The notes beneath the pieces are model-generated. The model was not told the origin of the DNA, did not search any database, and was given only the letters and a program-made list of their open reading frames with translations. Positions 51,133 through 63,174 of a stretch of 64,000 bases of DNA are shown piece after piece. Made by a program: the position numbers and the translations under genes. Location of the stretch: contig CM082577.2 of assembly GCA_040954595.2 (NCBI GenBank), positions 16,809,903-16,873,902 of the forward strand, in the 5' to 3' direction. Within the stretch, counting starts at the first letter, position 1; the number at the start of each line of letters is the position of its first letter. This DNA comes from Balanoglossus misakiensis. Its lineage: Eukaryota > Animalia > Hemichordata.

Positions 51133-53135
51133 TTAAAACAAATCATGGCATTGGATATATACTTGGTGAGCTCTGCTACCCTTTTGGAGCCACTCCCTTC
51201 CTCTTTCTTCTTCTACACTCTCACTGAGTGGTCCATGGTAGCATTGATTAGACTTTTCCATTCCAACATCCAATATCCAGCTGTGTTCATTGACAACATT
51301 GTGAATGAGACCATCCCACATCCCTGCAAAGAACATGTGCGGTGGTATGTATAAGTTTATGTATGGAGCTTACTCTATTTAATTGCTCATTTATAGGTTT
51401 TATAGGTACATATAATGCATTCAAAAAGTTAGGCAAACAATATTGTGAGGTTCAGATAACCTGACCCTACCTTGGTTTTCATGGCTGACCTTGACACTTT
51501 AATTTAATGTGACTGCACAATATCACATGAGAAAAGTTGGCATTTGATGACACAGTTCTTGTTTTTTTTAGTCTAGGCTAAATGCCATTAAAACAATAAA
51601 AAAACATTAGGAAAAAAAAACACCGACCATCCTACCCTATTTTGAAATTGCCCATCATCAGAATCACACAGTTATTTGTTGTATGCCTTATACATACATA
51701 CATGCATACATACATACATACATACATACATGCATACATACATACATACATACATACATACATACATACATACATACATACATACATACATACATACGTA
51801 CCATTACAATTTTCTTTGCAGATTTCTTGGAACAATGCCAGATATCGTAAGAACATTCCATGTTTGGGTGTACAGTCTCTGTGTTGGGTAAAACGAGAAA
51901 CAGTCTTTCGTCTTTCAACTCTTCCTGCTGTGTCTGTACTTGTTCAAATTGTTCTTCTGCTACAGATATTTTATTTTATCTCTTCTTGCACGCTTTTTAT
52001 TTGTATTTCTTGCATCGAGCAGCCTTCCTTGAACACAATCCAGTTCTTTTGGTTTTCTTTCGAACTCTTCTTTCAGTTGGTGCAGTTCTTGTCTCTGTTC
52101 TTCTTTTGTTATTTCTTGCTGTTCGAGTAAATCTTGCATTCTGATTGGAATGCTCAATTTATTGACGACTCTTGGCTTTTTCGGCGGTGGTTTGGTTTCA
52201 CCACCACTACTGCTACTAAACGCTGAGCCCACCGTGTGGCTGCTTGTGTCATCTTGGGTTTCACCGCTGCAGTCACGACATCGCCGTCCCACAAACACTG
52301 ACGGTCGAGAGCAGACTTTCATCATAGCAGTACCAGCAATACATCTGATGGAGGGAACAGCATCTTTTCTAAGGTGCAGACGACTTTTATACCCCGCATT
52401 CCATCTGAGGGAAAAAATGCAGAAAGCTATCAGGCAGGGCTATCACCCCAATTTATAATCTAGAGATATAGGCCTTTCCAAAAAACAACATGAGGCTTTG
52501 TCCATCTTTCTGATACCAATTCATGAAAAATCGGGTCCTGGCCCATGGACTAAGGGAACAGCATCTTTTCTCGGGTGCAGATGACTTTTATACCCTGCAG
52601 TCCAGCTGTAATATCCCTCAAAGTCGTCCGGCACAACGAAATGGGCCCCGCAAATAACACTGGCTTCGCTGGCATGATGCCAGTCTCTCCGTGTTAATCA
52701 AACAAAACGCTCCCATTTTGCACGTAGAACCTTGTCTTTTGGGAAAAGATGCTCGGAAAACCCATTACAGTTTGTATTGCTGCAAACTCCAACCACACAC
52801 TGCTTGTGGAAAATTGCGCTATATTAAAAATGGCCGACTGCCTCTCCGTAGTACACGATTCGCGCTGAACCCTGATGAGATCTACGTACGTAGGTCTCAC
52901 CTAGTACCTGCTGAACGGTTCCGGTACCCCTTATGACGTCATGTTACATGACAAAAACGCGGCAATTATGAACTCGGGTTATTCAGTTTGGGGTCGATTT
53001 TGAAGCATTTTATGAAGAAAAAATAAATATTGTAGAAATCAATACACAAAAATATTGTTATTTTTGGAAAATATTATAGTTATATTGAACATTTTGTTAA
53101 CTTCTGCTAAATTTTAAAAGGGCATGATATTCTCT
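51133..53135 (-). mobile_element. Kolobok-like transposon remnant (THAP domain, coiled coil, transposase core exon)
   Basis: 52810-52550 translates as a THAP domain: CVVGVCSN...HLFPKD..LRAKWERFV*LTRRDW....SVICGAHF...DF...KDAVP (one stop). 51960-52325 is a linker/coiled coil. 51150-51330 W..LIHNVVNEHSW...CYHGPL...WLQKGSRAH resembles Kolobok transposases. A candidate terminus TTAA|AG lies at 53135-53139; the other end was not found. Confidence 0.6.
51690..51797 (+). repeat. (CATA)n microsatellite
   Basis: About 27 tetranucleotide units with two CATG variants. Confidence 0.98.
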
Positions 53136-55403
53136 TTAATTTAAGGCAATATGTTATCCATAAGAACATACATTTTCCAGCCAAGCAACAAAGTGAGTAT
53201 GCAGTCAATGTGGATAGTTTTCTTCTGGTTTACTGTTTTGATACAATAATGCTTCCACAAGCCTGAATATCTGAATATTTCGCCCAACATGCTTTTTATG
53301 ATAATTTTATTTTGTTTTCTTTCAGTGGGGCCAATGGTCAATATGAGTATCATTTTTACCATCTAAACCAGTACTGACCATTTCAAAAGACAATTCAGAT
53401 GACAGGATAATAATTGTATGATACTCAAATACATATACTTTGTTGACAATCTGAATACCTTGCGTTGGGTCCCCAAGCTGTCTAGCCAGCTGCATTAATT
53501 GTTTAGTATTTGAGCATGTAAATTGGCTTCTTGATTTGAAATGCATTGGGCGACATTTTACAAATTCTGCAGTTTAAAGTCTTTTTGATCAATCATCAAT
53601 AAATTTTATAAAAATTCAACAACAATATGTGAGTTAAACAAATTTATAATCAAAAGTTACACATTGTATGATATATTATTTTTATACAAACATTAAAATA
53701 TAAGTAGATTCCTAAAATGTATTGTTTTATCTTCTGAAGCATATGATACAGGCAAATGTTAGGAGCCCCCTCTAGGGAACTATAGAAGGTTTGTTACCAT
53801 AGAAACATTAACATACATGTATTCTTTGACATCAAATGACATCAGATGCAGTTGCGCCCAAATGACGGAATTTCTAATAGCATAACTGCTTATTTCCATA
53901 ACAGTGTAAACAATTGTTATGTTAATTAAGTTATATTGTCTACTAAAATTAAAGAGTAGTGGCCATTATGCTTTAATTGCTCTGGGGAAAACACTGCTGA
54001 TGAAATACACTATTTTTTATACCGGTGTGCATGTACATGTACAATCTCTACAAGCTTCATGATTGAGCATATTTGTATACTGGAAAAAAATAATGTCATT
54101 CGGCTGTAATTTTAAAACAGTATCTACTTTATTACAGAAAAGCAACAGTTTTAGCATATGTACAGGAATACTGCTGTCACTAAAATATAAATATAAAAAT
54201 TAATAACTGAACACATAACATAAATTTAACTTAAATGAATATAACAAACTGTAAATTGAATAAAGTAAATATAAAGCTATTGTTTATAAGAAAAATAGTA
54301 CTTGACAAAACCCGGCTTGGTATTAGCAGAGATGTAAATTGTAGAAAGAAAGTTTATCAAAATAATGATGACCCTTTCAAAGCAAAACAATAGTTGACTT
54401 TTTAATAGCTAATTAAAACAACATCATTCGTAGACAATAAATATGAATGAACCAATGTAGCATTGGCTGCTTTTACTCGGACTCCAGAAGTGTGATAGCC
54501 ATCATCGGAGATTCTACTCAATTACACATATTAAAGACCACTTGCTATATGTTGATTGCACACACAATAGTACATCAGACATGTACTGGATATCATGGCG
54601 TAAAATATCCTGAAGTGGTGGGATGGGGGGGGGGGGGGGTCAGGTTTTACAATATCGGACAAGGGGAAGGGTCACATTTTAGAGTCCAGGTGTACGCTGA
54701 ATCAACCCCCCCCCCCCCTACCCCCCTTTAATGAAGGCTCCCTAGGATGGAAACTGAAAGTGAATTTTTTTTTAATCAAAAATCCTGGTTTTTAGAAAAG
54801 CTGTCAGGCTTTTAAGCCAAATGGTGATAAATGGTTCCTCAATGACCAAAAAATGACTGTAATTCCAGCTTATAGCTACCTTGGTGTTATATTGTTTTCC
54901 AGCTCTGGCCTATAACACAATATAAACAGCTGGCAATCAAGGTATTAAAGCACTTTTTTCTATGATTTATAAAGAGTTTGTTTTATATTCAGTTCACTTG
55001 ACAAAAGTTGGCATTTGAAATCTTTGATGGGCAGATTTTACTAGTGATGATGTATGGTATTGAAATATGGGGACTATACTATATATGTAAAGCACTGTGT
55101 ATTAAAACTTTTTACAAAATGCACCAAGTCTGGCAATCAAAGCTGAATGTGTATTCAGACTGACAGGAGTCATTAAATATATACTGGTTTGTTTAAATTA
55201 CTGCCTATGCCACAGCACTGTCTGGTATATGTTATAAATATAAATGAAAAAGTGTAAAAATAAAAGTGTAAAAATTATTGGTCTCTTGGGGTCACTTCCA
55301 CCTTGTTCCTAAAACACCCTTTATCCCGATCATCATGAAATCTACCATTAGCAATTCTCAATCCAGTACGTTTATAACAAGTGACCATGGTATTGCTGGC
55401 TAA

Positions 55404-57383
55404 TCAACACTTGCTTCAAACAAAGTCATTCTTTGGATCTGACCATACAGTCTCTGGAACCTGTTCACATGTCCCATGGTACCATTCCCCACACTTATTG
55501 CAGCAGACCATATATCCTCTTCCCCTGTATCTGGCTGTCGGCAGTGACAGTAGACATTGATCTTCTTCACTTTACATTTACCATTTAGGACGTCGTCTTC
55601 TTGAGCTGGGAAACAGCCTCATTACACCATGCTGAAAACAGTCAGACAGATGACGCCTCATCTCACCCGGGTCCCAGCAATACTCTGCTGGGTTAAGTCC
55701 CTGACATAGTGCGGTAGCATTGGCCACTGCCAAAAGTCCGCAATCATCACAGCCAACTTGCTTGTGAACTTGCTTAATTCAACAATATATGGGCATTTCT
55801 ATTTATGTCATGCCATAACAATTTAAACTCCAAAAGGAAATGCTCTGTCCTACAATAGACATGTTAATATTTTACACAAACTCACCTCAGAAGGTAGACG
55901 TGCTGTTCTGTTAAACATGAGCTGGAATGGCGTGTTCTTCATGGTTGTCTGTTGGTAGGCCCTTAACCCAAACATGACTGGCTCCAGGAGTTCATCCTGA
56001 TTTTCATTTACCAGTTTGCTGATTGCCCTCTTGATGTTGCAGTTTGAACTCTCAGCAAGACCATTTGTTTGCGGGTGGTAGGCAGCTGTTATGCGGTGTT
56101 TTACCCCAAACTTCTCACAAATTAGATCATTTACCTGTTCAGTAAAATTGGAACAGACCGGTTTTATTCAAAAGTTTGAAAATAACAATGTACTTCTCAA
56201 CTCTATTATTTCCTCATCGGATAGCCAGTAAATTGCTTTTGGCTGTGTCAACAGGATTAAGGAATGAACAGTAATGCAAATGTTCAAAATAATTTATGAA
56301 TAAACTGAAATGTGTATCAACTTATCTTCTTGTTCTGCTACCTCAAGAATGCTGTCTGTGCGCAGTACATAGTGTTGTTATATTAGTGTTAACTTAGATT
56401 TTGCTTTTAAAAACAACCGCACTTGAGAGTAGGACAGTCTCTACGATTTCCAAGATCGAGCTGATGCACGAAGCACATACACTGAGAAAATTACATTGCT
56501 CACCACAAAACTACATAAAATATTTTACATTAGCAATGTACCAATCTTACTCACCTGATTTACAAATTCTCTGCACTGATCCGTCAAAATATTCAGCGGA
56601 ATACCAAACCTGCAACAATGCCAGAATAAGACAATTACTACAAAAACTGTATCATTTTTAAGTCCATAGAGAGAATGACACGTGGCAGTATTGCCACATA
56701 ACCAAAATCCACTCATTTACAAATTAATAAGCATTCATTTTCCACTTAAGTTCATTTTTCATCCAGAAAGTATCCTGTATTTACCGGTATATTGGTAAAT
56801 TAAGGTGTCATTGCATGAAAAGTTGTGATTTTTGCCAAATTTTACTTTTTTACATAAATCAGTAGGTCTAATACTGATCCACATCCTGACTAATACGTCT
56901 TGGCGGAAATGGTGCATAATCATCCCAAAATAGCACTTTTCTGAATGTAGGCCTCTGAATAAGTCTCGACGGTTTCATGCAATGCCACCTTAAGACATGA
57001 TGTGTGAATTAATCAGAACAGCACCTTGGAGTTTGACTTGTCTTTGATCACAAGAATAGTGTAACACATATTCAGTTCTTGGTACTTCAAACTAATACGA
57101 ATGACAAGAAAAAAATATCCGCCAGCTTATACCACTAAAACACAGAACAAATGCACTTGGCCACGCAAGCTGCTGTCTGCTGTTGGATAGGAAAAGTATC
57201 TGGCCACTTCGTAAAATAATCGGTAAGTGTAAGGACATATTTATCTCCACTTCTGGTTGTATTCAGAGGACCAAAAAGATCTAATCCCAGCATGTACCAT
57301 GGTTCTTTCACCTTGATTGGCTGCAGTTCTGGTGCCAATGTCTTAACTTTGACAAATCGCTGACATTTGTCACAGTTAACAAT
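55404..57383 (-). pseudogene. Ginger-type (Gypsy-integrase-related) DNA transposase with introns and C-terminal Ulp1-like protease and PHD finger; decayed
   Basis: Integrase exons are 57383-57133 (CDKCQ...PW..LGLDLFGPL..T..G.KYVLTLTDYFTKW), 56609-56555 (FGIP..ILTDQ.REFVNQ) and 56134-55886 (HRITAAYHPQTNGLAE...TPFQLMFNR.ARLP). 55775-55610 reads Q.G.DDCGLLAVANATALCQG..P..Y.WD...MRRHL..CF (C48/Ulp1-like). 55560-55404 reads VYCHCRQP...MVCCNKCGEWYHGTC (PHD). Stops and frameshifts are present and TIRs were not located. Confidence 0.8.
56804..56989. mobile_element. 186-bp MITE with TTAA target duplication (Kolobok type) in a Ginger intron
   Basis: TTAA|GGTGTCATTGCATGAAA ... TTTCATGCAATGCCACC|TTAA; 17-bp TIR with one mismatch. 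Confidence 0.85.
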
Positions 57384-58106
57384 CTGTAAATGAAAAATGC
57401 ACATAAACATAAAATGTTTGGTCAGTGCTCCAATCTAAAGAAGTATGCCCTACTACACACGACATTGCATGTTAACAAAGCTATATACTGGTAGAATGGC
57501 TTCACCCCAACATGTTAAAATCAGATAGCATAGTTCCAAACGTCTCCTTAGGAAAATTTATCACCGATATCAAGTATAACAAGAATTCAACTGAGTTTTA
57601 TTTCTATTTATCAGTTCGACCTCCTGAATTTAGTTTACGTGTTGAACATTAGCAAAAACTAAATGTTTTAGCAAAAATTAGCATTAGCAAAAACGTAAAG
57701 ATTTTAAGTAAGTACGCGACATGCAATGGCATTGGCATGTCACTTGGTGCGTACTTGTGTTGACCGTTGAACAGACCAAGCAATCGAACCATTTCCGTAT
57801 TTCGATAGCATTCTAACTCGTGTTAAAAGTCATTCGCATTATATATAACCAGATAAACGATTTCTTCAATTTGAGACACATTTTACCGTATAGTTCGTTG
57901 TTCCTTCGCTTTTGCTAAAGTTAAAGCATGGTCGTGTGTTTGTCTCATCAGCCAGATAGGAGTGTGATTGATAGCGTACTCTATGAACGTAACGTCAAAT
58001 AAGCTTGTCTCCGTTCTACAACTTAATAGACCAGCCTATTCGACCTTCAAATAGAGCTTGTAGTTTCTTGCCTTTCAACATTAGTTTTTGTCATTTCAGT
58101 CTGCAG

Positions 58107-58616
58107 ACAAATTTCAAACCCAAAGAAGTTTCCAGAAGAGTAAAGTATGGAAAAAAGAAGTTAAAAATTGAATATCTGGCCGATAAACATAGACAGAGTA
58201 GTTTTGGCAGTAAGCAAAGAAAGGGATTCCTAAAGAAGGCAAGTTTATTCTTGTGGGACAGTACATTTGTACAATTGCATTGTTATACTTTTCAAACAAC
58301 AAATGATAATGCAGATACTAATTAATAAATTGTCCTGCTTACTGATAGAAAAATAAACACATCTATGAGGTTTTATATTGTAGAAAGTTTTATGTTGTTA
58401 TAGTAAAACTAAACTTTCACAATGAAATTTTGTTGTCATTCATATGATATTTTTTGAAAATTTATTTGTCCAAATTTTCATTTTGATTTTGTGTTGTATT
58501 CATTATCATAAGCCTATAATAATGTTATCAATTTTATTTGCTTTTAGGTAAATGACTACCATGTGTGTACAGGAGAAGAAATTTGTGGAGTTCTGAATGA
58601 AGCTCTTCAAGAATGA
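58107..58616 (+). other. Divergent MADS-box (SRF-like) coding fragment in two exons joined by a GC-AG intron
   Basis: GKKKLKIEYLADKHRQSSFGSKQRKGFLKK|VNDYHVCTGEEI, with donor AAG|gcaagt at 58238/58239 and acceptor ttttag|G at 58547/58548. It aligns without gaps to the SRF MADS core as recalled. Confidence 0.55.
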
Positions 58617-58630
58617 GAAATGTCCTTTTT

Positions 58631-59210
58631 AGGTCCCATTTTTATAGGTATATATACCATGGGACCTTATGGGATCGGTTGCGTCTGTATGTATGTATGG
58701 ATGGATGTATGGATGTCTGTATGTCCGTCCACATCAAAAACTTGAAAACTGCTGCGTGTATCACCTTGATATTTGGTGTGCAGATGGAGGCTGGGCTGTA
58801 GATGGGAGTTTGTTCAAATGAAGGTGCCATTGCCAAAAATATGCAAATTAGCTGGAAAAATGTGAATTTGGTCAAAACTCAGTAACTCAAGAACTACTGG
58901 TCAGATTGCTTTGCAAAGTGGTGTGTATTTACTTTATTGAGTTGTTTTAATTAGGCAGGACGTTCCCTGGTGTGATTGATTTACACAGGAAATTCCTGAA
59001 TTACATAACTGGCTAAGTTTTAAATAGGCCAGCTGTTCTATTTAGTGTATGTACAGTACATATGCCATTGGCAGCTTATGGGTCAGTCAGTGCTTGCCCA
59101 TTGATCTCTCGCTATGTGTGTGTGTCTGTCTGTCTGTATATGGCCATGTACTCCGGTGTAGACTTTTTCTTGTGTAATAACTCAATGGGACCCCTGTGTC
59201 CTTGACGTGA
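58631..59210 (+). mobile_element. Non-autonomous Helentron/HINE-like element, copy 2
   Basis: tttttAGGTCCCATT...ATGGGACCT, GTAT/GGAT microsatellite, 3' AATGGGACC, tail and T-run. Collinear with 32224-32781. Confidence 0.72.
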
Positions 59211-59887
59211 TTTTTTCATTACTTTTTTGAACCAAATTCTGTTGTTTTGTTCCTATTATTCCCTGCAAAAATTTAACTTTTGGCCTCATTCCATGTGTAA
59301 TGAATTCTCCTGATCCATTTTACGGGTAGTCTCTGAAACCTTTTGCGTTCTTTATTTAATACTTCATAGATCCATTGCCTTGTCATCACATCATGACCAG
59401 GGGGTAGGTTTGTGTTACTAAGGACTCAGCTTTTGAAGGTCGAGCAATATTTTTCTATTTGAGACAGAAATATTGTGGTATTTACACACAAAATAATTTT
59501 TGTACCGTGTAAAAAAATTATATTTATATTAGACACACTTTATAACAGAGTTTAAAATTGATATGTATTATTTATTTGTTCAAATAAATATATTATCTGT
59601 GTTTACAAAGATTGAGTTGTTTTGTATTTGTAGCACACCAAAAATATACTACATCTTCCATTGACACTTGGTAATCACTATACAGTGCTCTTTGCATACA
59701 CACACTACCGGTACATACACTAGGTTTGTTGAGAGGCAGAATTTGAGCTTGGGGACCCTGTGCTGCTACATAAAAACAAAAATTGAAAAAAACAAGTGTT
59801 TATTTGTGGTACGAGCCTTTGTTATGAAACCCATCAGTTTGAACAAATTTTCGGCACTGTATGAAATTTGGACTACATGTAGTTTGT

Positions 59888-60270
59888 TCATTCAATACTT
59901 TCAGGTTCAAGTTCATCTTTTGCCAACTCTTCTGCTGCTTGTAAAACATTGACTTCCTCAAGTTCCCTATAAAATTCAACGAGTTTCTCCTTCTTGGCCT
60001 TTCTTACAGTTCTAAACGTCTCAGAAAATTCAAACTTTAAGTCACTGTCACTGACTTTCTTGATAGCTGCCTGAACAAGTTTTATTAGTTGCGCCTTTGT
60101 TTGCTTTTCTAGTGATTCACACTTGTTCTGTTTCTCGACTGTAACATAGACAGGAGTCAACTCATGGCGAACACTGGCTTTTGAAGCCCCACCCAAGACA
60201 ACTTTGTCTAGCACTATTTTCTGATTTACTTCACAAATGGCTGTGAGATTTTTCAGGCCAGCATCCAGTT
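59888..60270 (-). pseudogene. C-terminal fragment of an unidentified, probably transposon-encoded, helical protein, cut by the HINE insertion
   Basis: An open, protein-like frame (AICEVNQKIVLDKVVLGG...ELTPVYV...KQTKAQLIKLV...) ends at 59888. The ORF's apparent N-terminus is HINE sequence. Confidence 0.35.
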
Positions 60271-60273
60271 TTG

Positions 60274-61180
60274 AGGTCCCATTGGTACCGGGTATGTACC
60301 ATAGGACCTTATGGGATCGGTTGCGTCTGTATGTATGTATGGATGGATGGCTGGATGGATGTACCGGTATGTCCGTCCACATCAAAAACTTGAAAACCGC
60401 TGAGCGTATGACATCGATATTTTGTGTGGAGATAAAGGCAGGGCTGTAGATGTGAGTTTGTTCAAATGAAGTTGTCATTGCCAAAAATATGCAAATTAGC
60501 TGGGAAAATGTGAAATTGGTCAAAACTCAAAAACTCGACAACCACTGGTCATATTGATTTGAAAATTTGTATGCATGTACCTTATGTCAACCTCATACAG
60601 TCCTGTATGTTTGAGCTAATATTATCGATTTCCTATTTTTTGAGCTTTTTTTGTATTTTTCCATGTTATTGGTAAAAAGTCTTTATTTCTGAAAGTGATG
60701 GGCTTACTTCTTTGAAATTTAATATGAAGCTTCCTAATGAATGTCTGAGTAACCATAGTTTTGTTCAAATTGTTGCAAAATTTGCATATTTATAATTTTG
60801 AGCTGCAATATTTGCCATTTTTGGTCAAAAATGTTTTTCTTTAAAATCGCATGCCAGATTGCTTTGCAATTTGGTAGGCATGTTCGTAGGGGTAACCTAA
60901 GTAATATGTTGTAAAAAAATGTGATATTTGCATAAATGTGTCATCGGGGAAACTTGCAATTTGTGTCAAAAATTGTTTTATCTGAAAACCTCTTGTCATA
61001 TTGCATTGAACTTTGGCAGCATGTTCCTTGTAGTGATTGAAGTAAGATATTGTACAATTTTGGTGATATTTGCATATTTGTGTTTTTGCCACTTTTGAAC
61101 AAATATTTTCTGTGAAACTGCTTGTTGGATTGCTTTGAAATTTGTTTTTTCTCTGATTGCTTTGAAATTTAGGATATAAT
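60274..61180 (+). mobile_element. HINE-like element, copy 3 (longer subfamily, 3' end not seen)
   Basis: The first 290 bp or so match copies 1 and 2, followed by internal repeats of gattgctttgaaattt(gg) and ttgcatattt. Confidence 0.6.
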
Positions 61181-61214
61181 TTTATAACACACACATGTAT
61201 ATGTGCATGTGACC

Positions 61215-61379
61215 CTTCATGACAGACTGGAAAACGTCATGTTTCTCCGGAGAGAAACAAATGAGATCCTGGTACTTTTCTCGATCACTCTGGATCACTC
61301 CATTAAAATACTTATTGTTCTTCGCCGATGTCTTCACCGGGCTCACGTCCACTATGTACCCCCAAATAGACTCCATCGT
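61215..61379 (-). pseudogene. Possible OB-fold (RPA-like) N-terminal fragment
   Basis: MESIWGYIVDVSPVKTSAKNNKYFNGVIQSDREKYQDLICFSPEKH has a beta-strand pattern like OB folds and is truncated at the HINE-like insertion. Confidence 0.35.
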
Positions 61380-62610
61380 TCTCACAACTTCTACTGACAA
61401 AAACTTTCTTTACACCCTTTCTTAACTCATTAACAACGAGGCCGAGGCCACACTAATTAAAATATTGGTTTTCTTTAGTTTATTCATATGTAAAATAATA
61501 AATATAACAATGAAGAATGAGCTGTGTTGTAAATCTACTAAACAAATAATAATGAAAAACTGAGGCGTAAAAAAGCACAGTCAAATGTGCAAGTAAAATG
61601 CAAAAGCTAACTTAATACTGGAATGTTGTTGAGTCCCTCCTTAAGGTAGTAAATATATTAAAGCGCGTAGCTCGTCTCACACGCATGTTCCAACTGTAGC
61701 CGCTGGTTACAGACATTTAGTGATTGGTCAATCCCATAAGGCAGTGCTCTGTCCTAACAACAGATGTCCAGTCAAATAAAGAAAGTAGTAATGACATGTC
61801 AACTGTAATAAAAAAATAGTGAAGAAAATGTCAAATTAAATAAGAGAAGTAGTCAAAAATTGATTAATCAAAAAAGAAAGCAGTAAAAGAATGTCAATAT
61901 CACATTGAATAAAGAAAGCAGAAAACATGTCAAAATCGGAAACTGCTATCTATGAACTGTAAGTAAAAAATCAAAAGTAATAATAGAATCGTTGATAATG
62001 TAAAAAGTCAGCAGGTGATCTAGAAATATATTGTGATGCTCTCTATGAACTGGATGTGAAAAATCAAAAGTAATAACTACAATCAATGAGTACTAATGGC
62101 TGTGATGTTTTGGTCGAGGTGGCTTGGAATTTGATCGTGCGATGTCACAGATGTCTGTGACGGCCTGTCGGAGGTGTTCATTGTGCGGGTTTGCATATGT
62201 TGTAGGAGCAATTTTGACTGGCATGGATAGATTCTGTACATGTCTGTGCTTCCGTTACATTCTATGATGAGCGTCATGGTGCTTGTTTTTTTTTTTGCAG
62301 AAGGTGCATCTGGCGAAGTATGAGCATGTTGTTCGTCGAGAGGGAGGTTAGGGATAAGGGTTAGGGTAAGCGACATACCCGGTACAGAGACATTCAATAT
62401 GAGGTGCTGTCATATTTTATTTATCATACATGTTTGTGTCAATTACATTTCAACAATTAATACGTTTGTGAAGAATCAGAGGAAATCTCAATGACATCGC
62501 TGTTGTTTTCATCACTGCTATCATGTAAGTATATTGGTCGTGGTGGTCGGCTTCTTCTAGAGTTAGTGGTTGCGTCCTTGTCTTCTGATTCGCTTGTGAT
62601 GTGAGCGTAC

Positions 62611-62802
62611 TGTTGTGAAAGCCGATTTGCTCACCTTAGGTTATAATAAAGGATACTGAAGTTGTAGTTGGGTTGGTAATTTCGCTAGGAGGTCAGTAGA
62701 AGCGTGTTGCTCGTTGCTGCTCTCAAAGTAGAAGGGTCGAACTATTTCCGCCCAGGGGGTGAGTGGGGTCGGTGACGTCATCACGGATGTAGATTCACAA
62801 CA
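62611..62802 (-). mobile_element. 3' LTR (192 bp) of an LTR retrotransposon running off the window end
   Basis: On the minus strand a purine-rich tract (AAAAATATGGTAGAGAAGAG) is followed directly by TGTTGTGAA...TTCACAACA: TG..CA ends with a 9-bp terminal inverted repeat. Confidence 0.75.
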
Positions 62803-63174
62803 CTCTTCTCTACCATATTTTTGAAGGGCGTCGTCTTCTTCCCCCAAAACACCGGGGGATAACACAACATTGAACACAACAATAACAAAAATCGAAAAAT
62901 AGAAGGTCCAGCTGGGCTTTACTAGGTATGCTCCACTGGTCGGCCGGTTCGTTTCTTTTGTTCCCCTTTTAGATAAAAATTCCCTCCAGCTGGGCGTTAC
63001 AACATATGCCCCACTGGTCCATTTGCTGGATTTTTTCCTTTTGTTGAATATCAATTCCCTCCAGATACAAATTTCCCAGGTGGTTCCCGTCCTTCCCCTA
63101 TATTTGGCCTTTCTGGTAAAACCCCTGGTACCCCCATCCCAAACAGTAGGTTCCCAAAATCCTCTTTCCTTCCT

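Noticed and set aside
51632-52144. ORFs with YIHT/VCMY repeats
   Set aside because: They are translations of the (CATA)n microsatellite and antisense frames.
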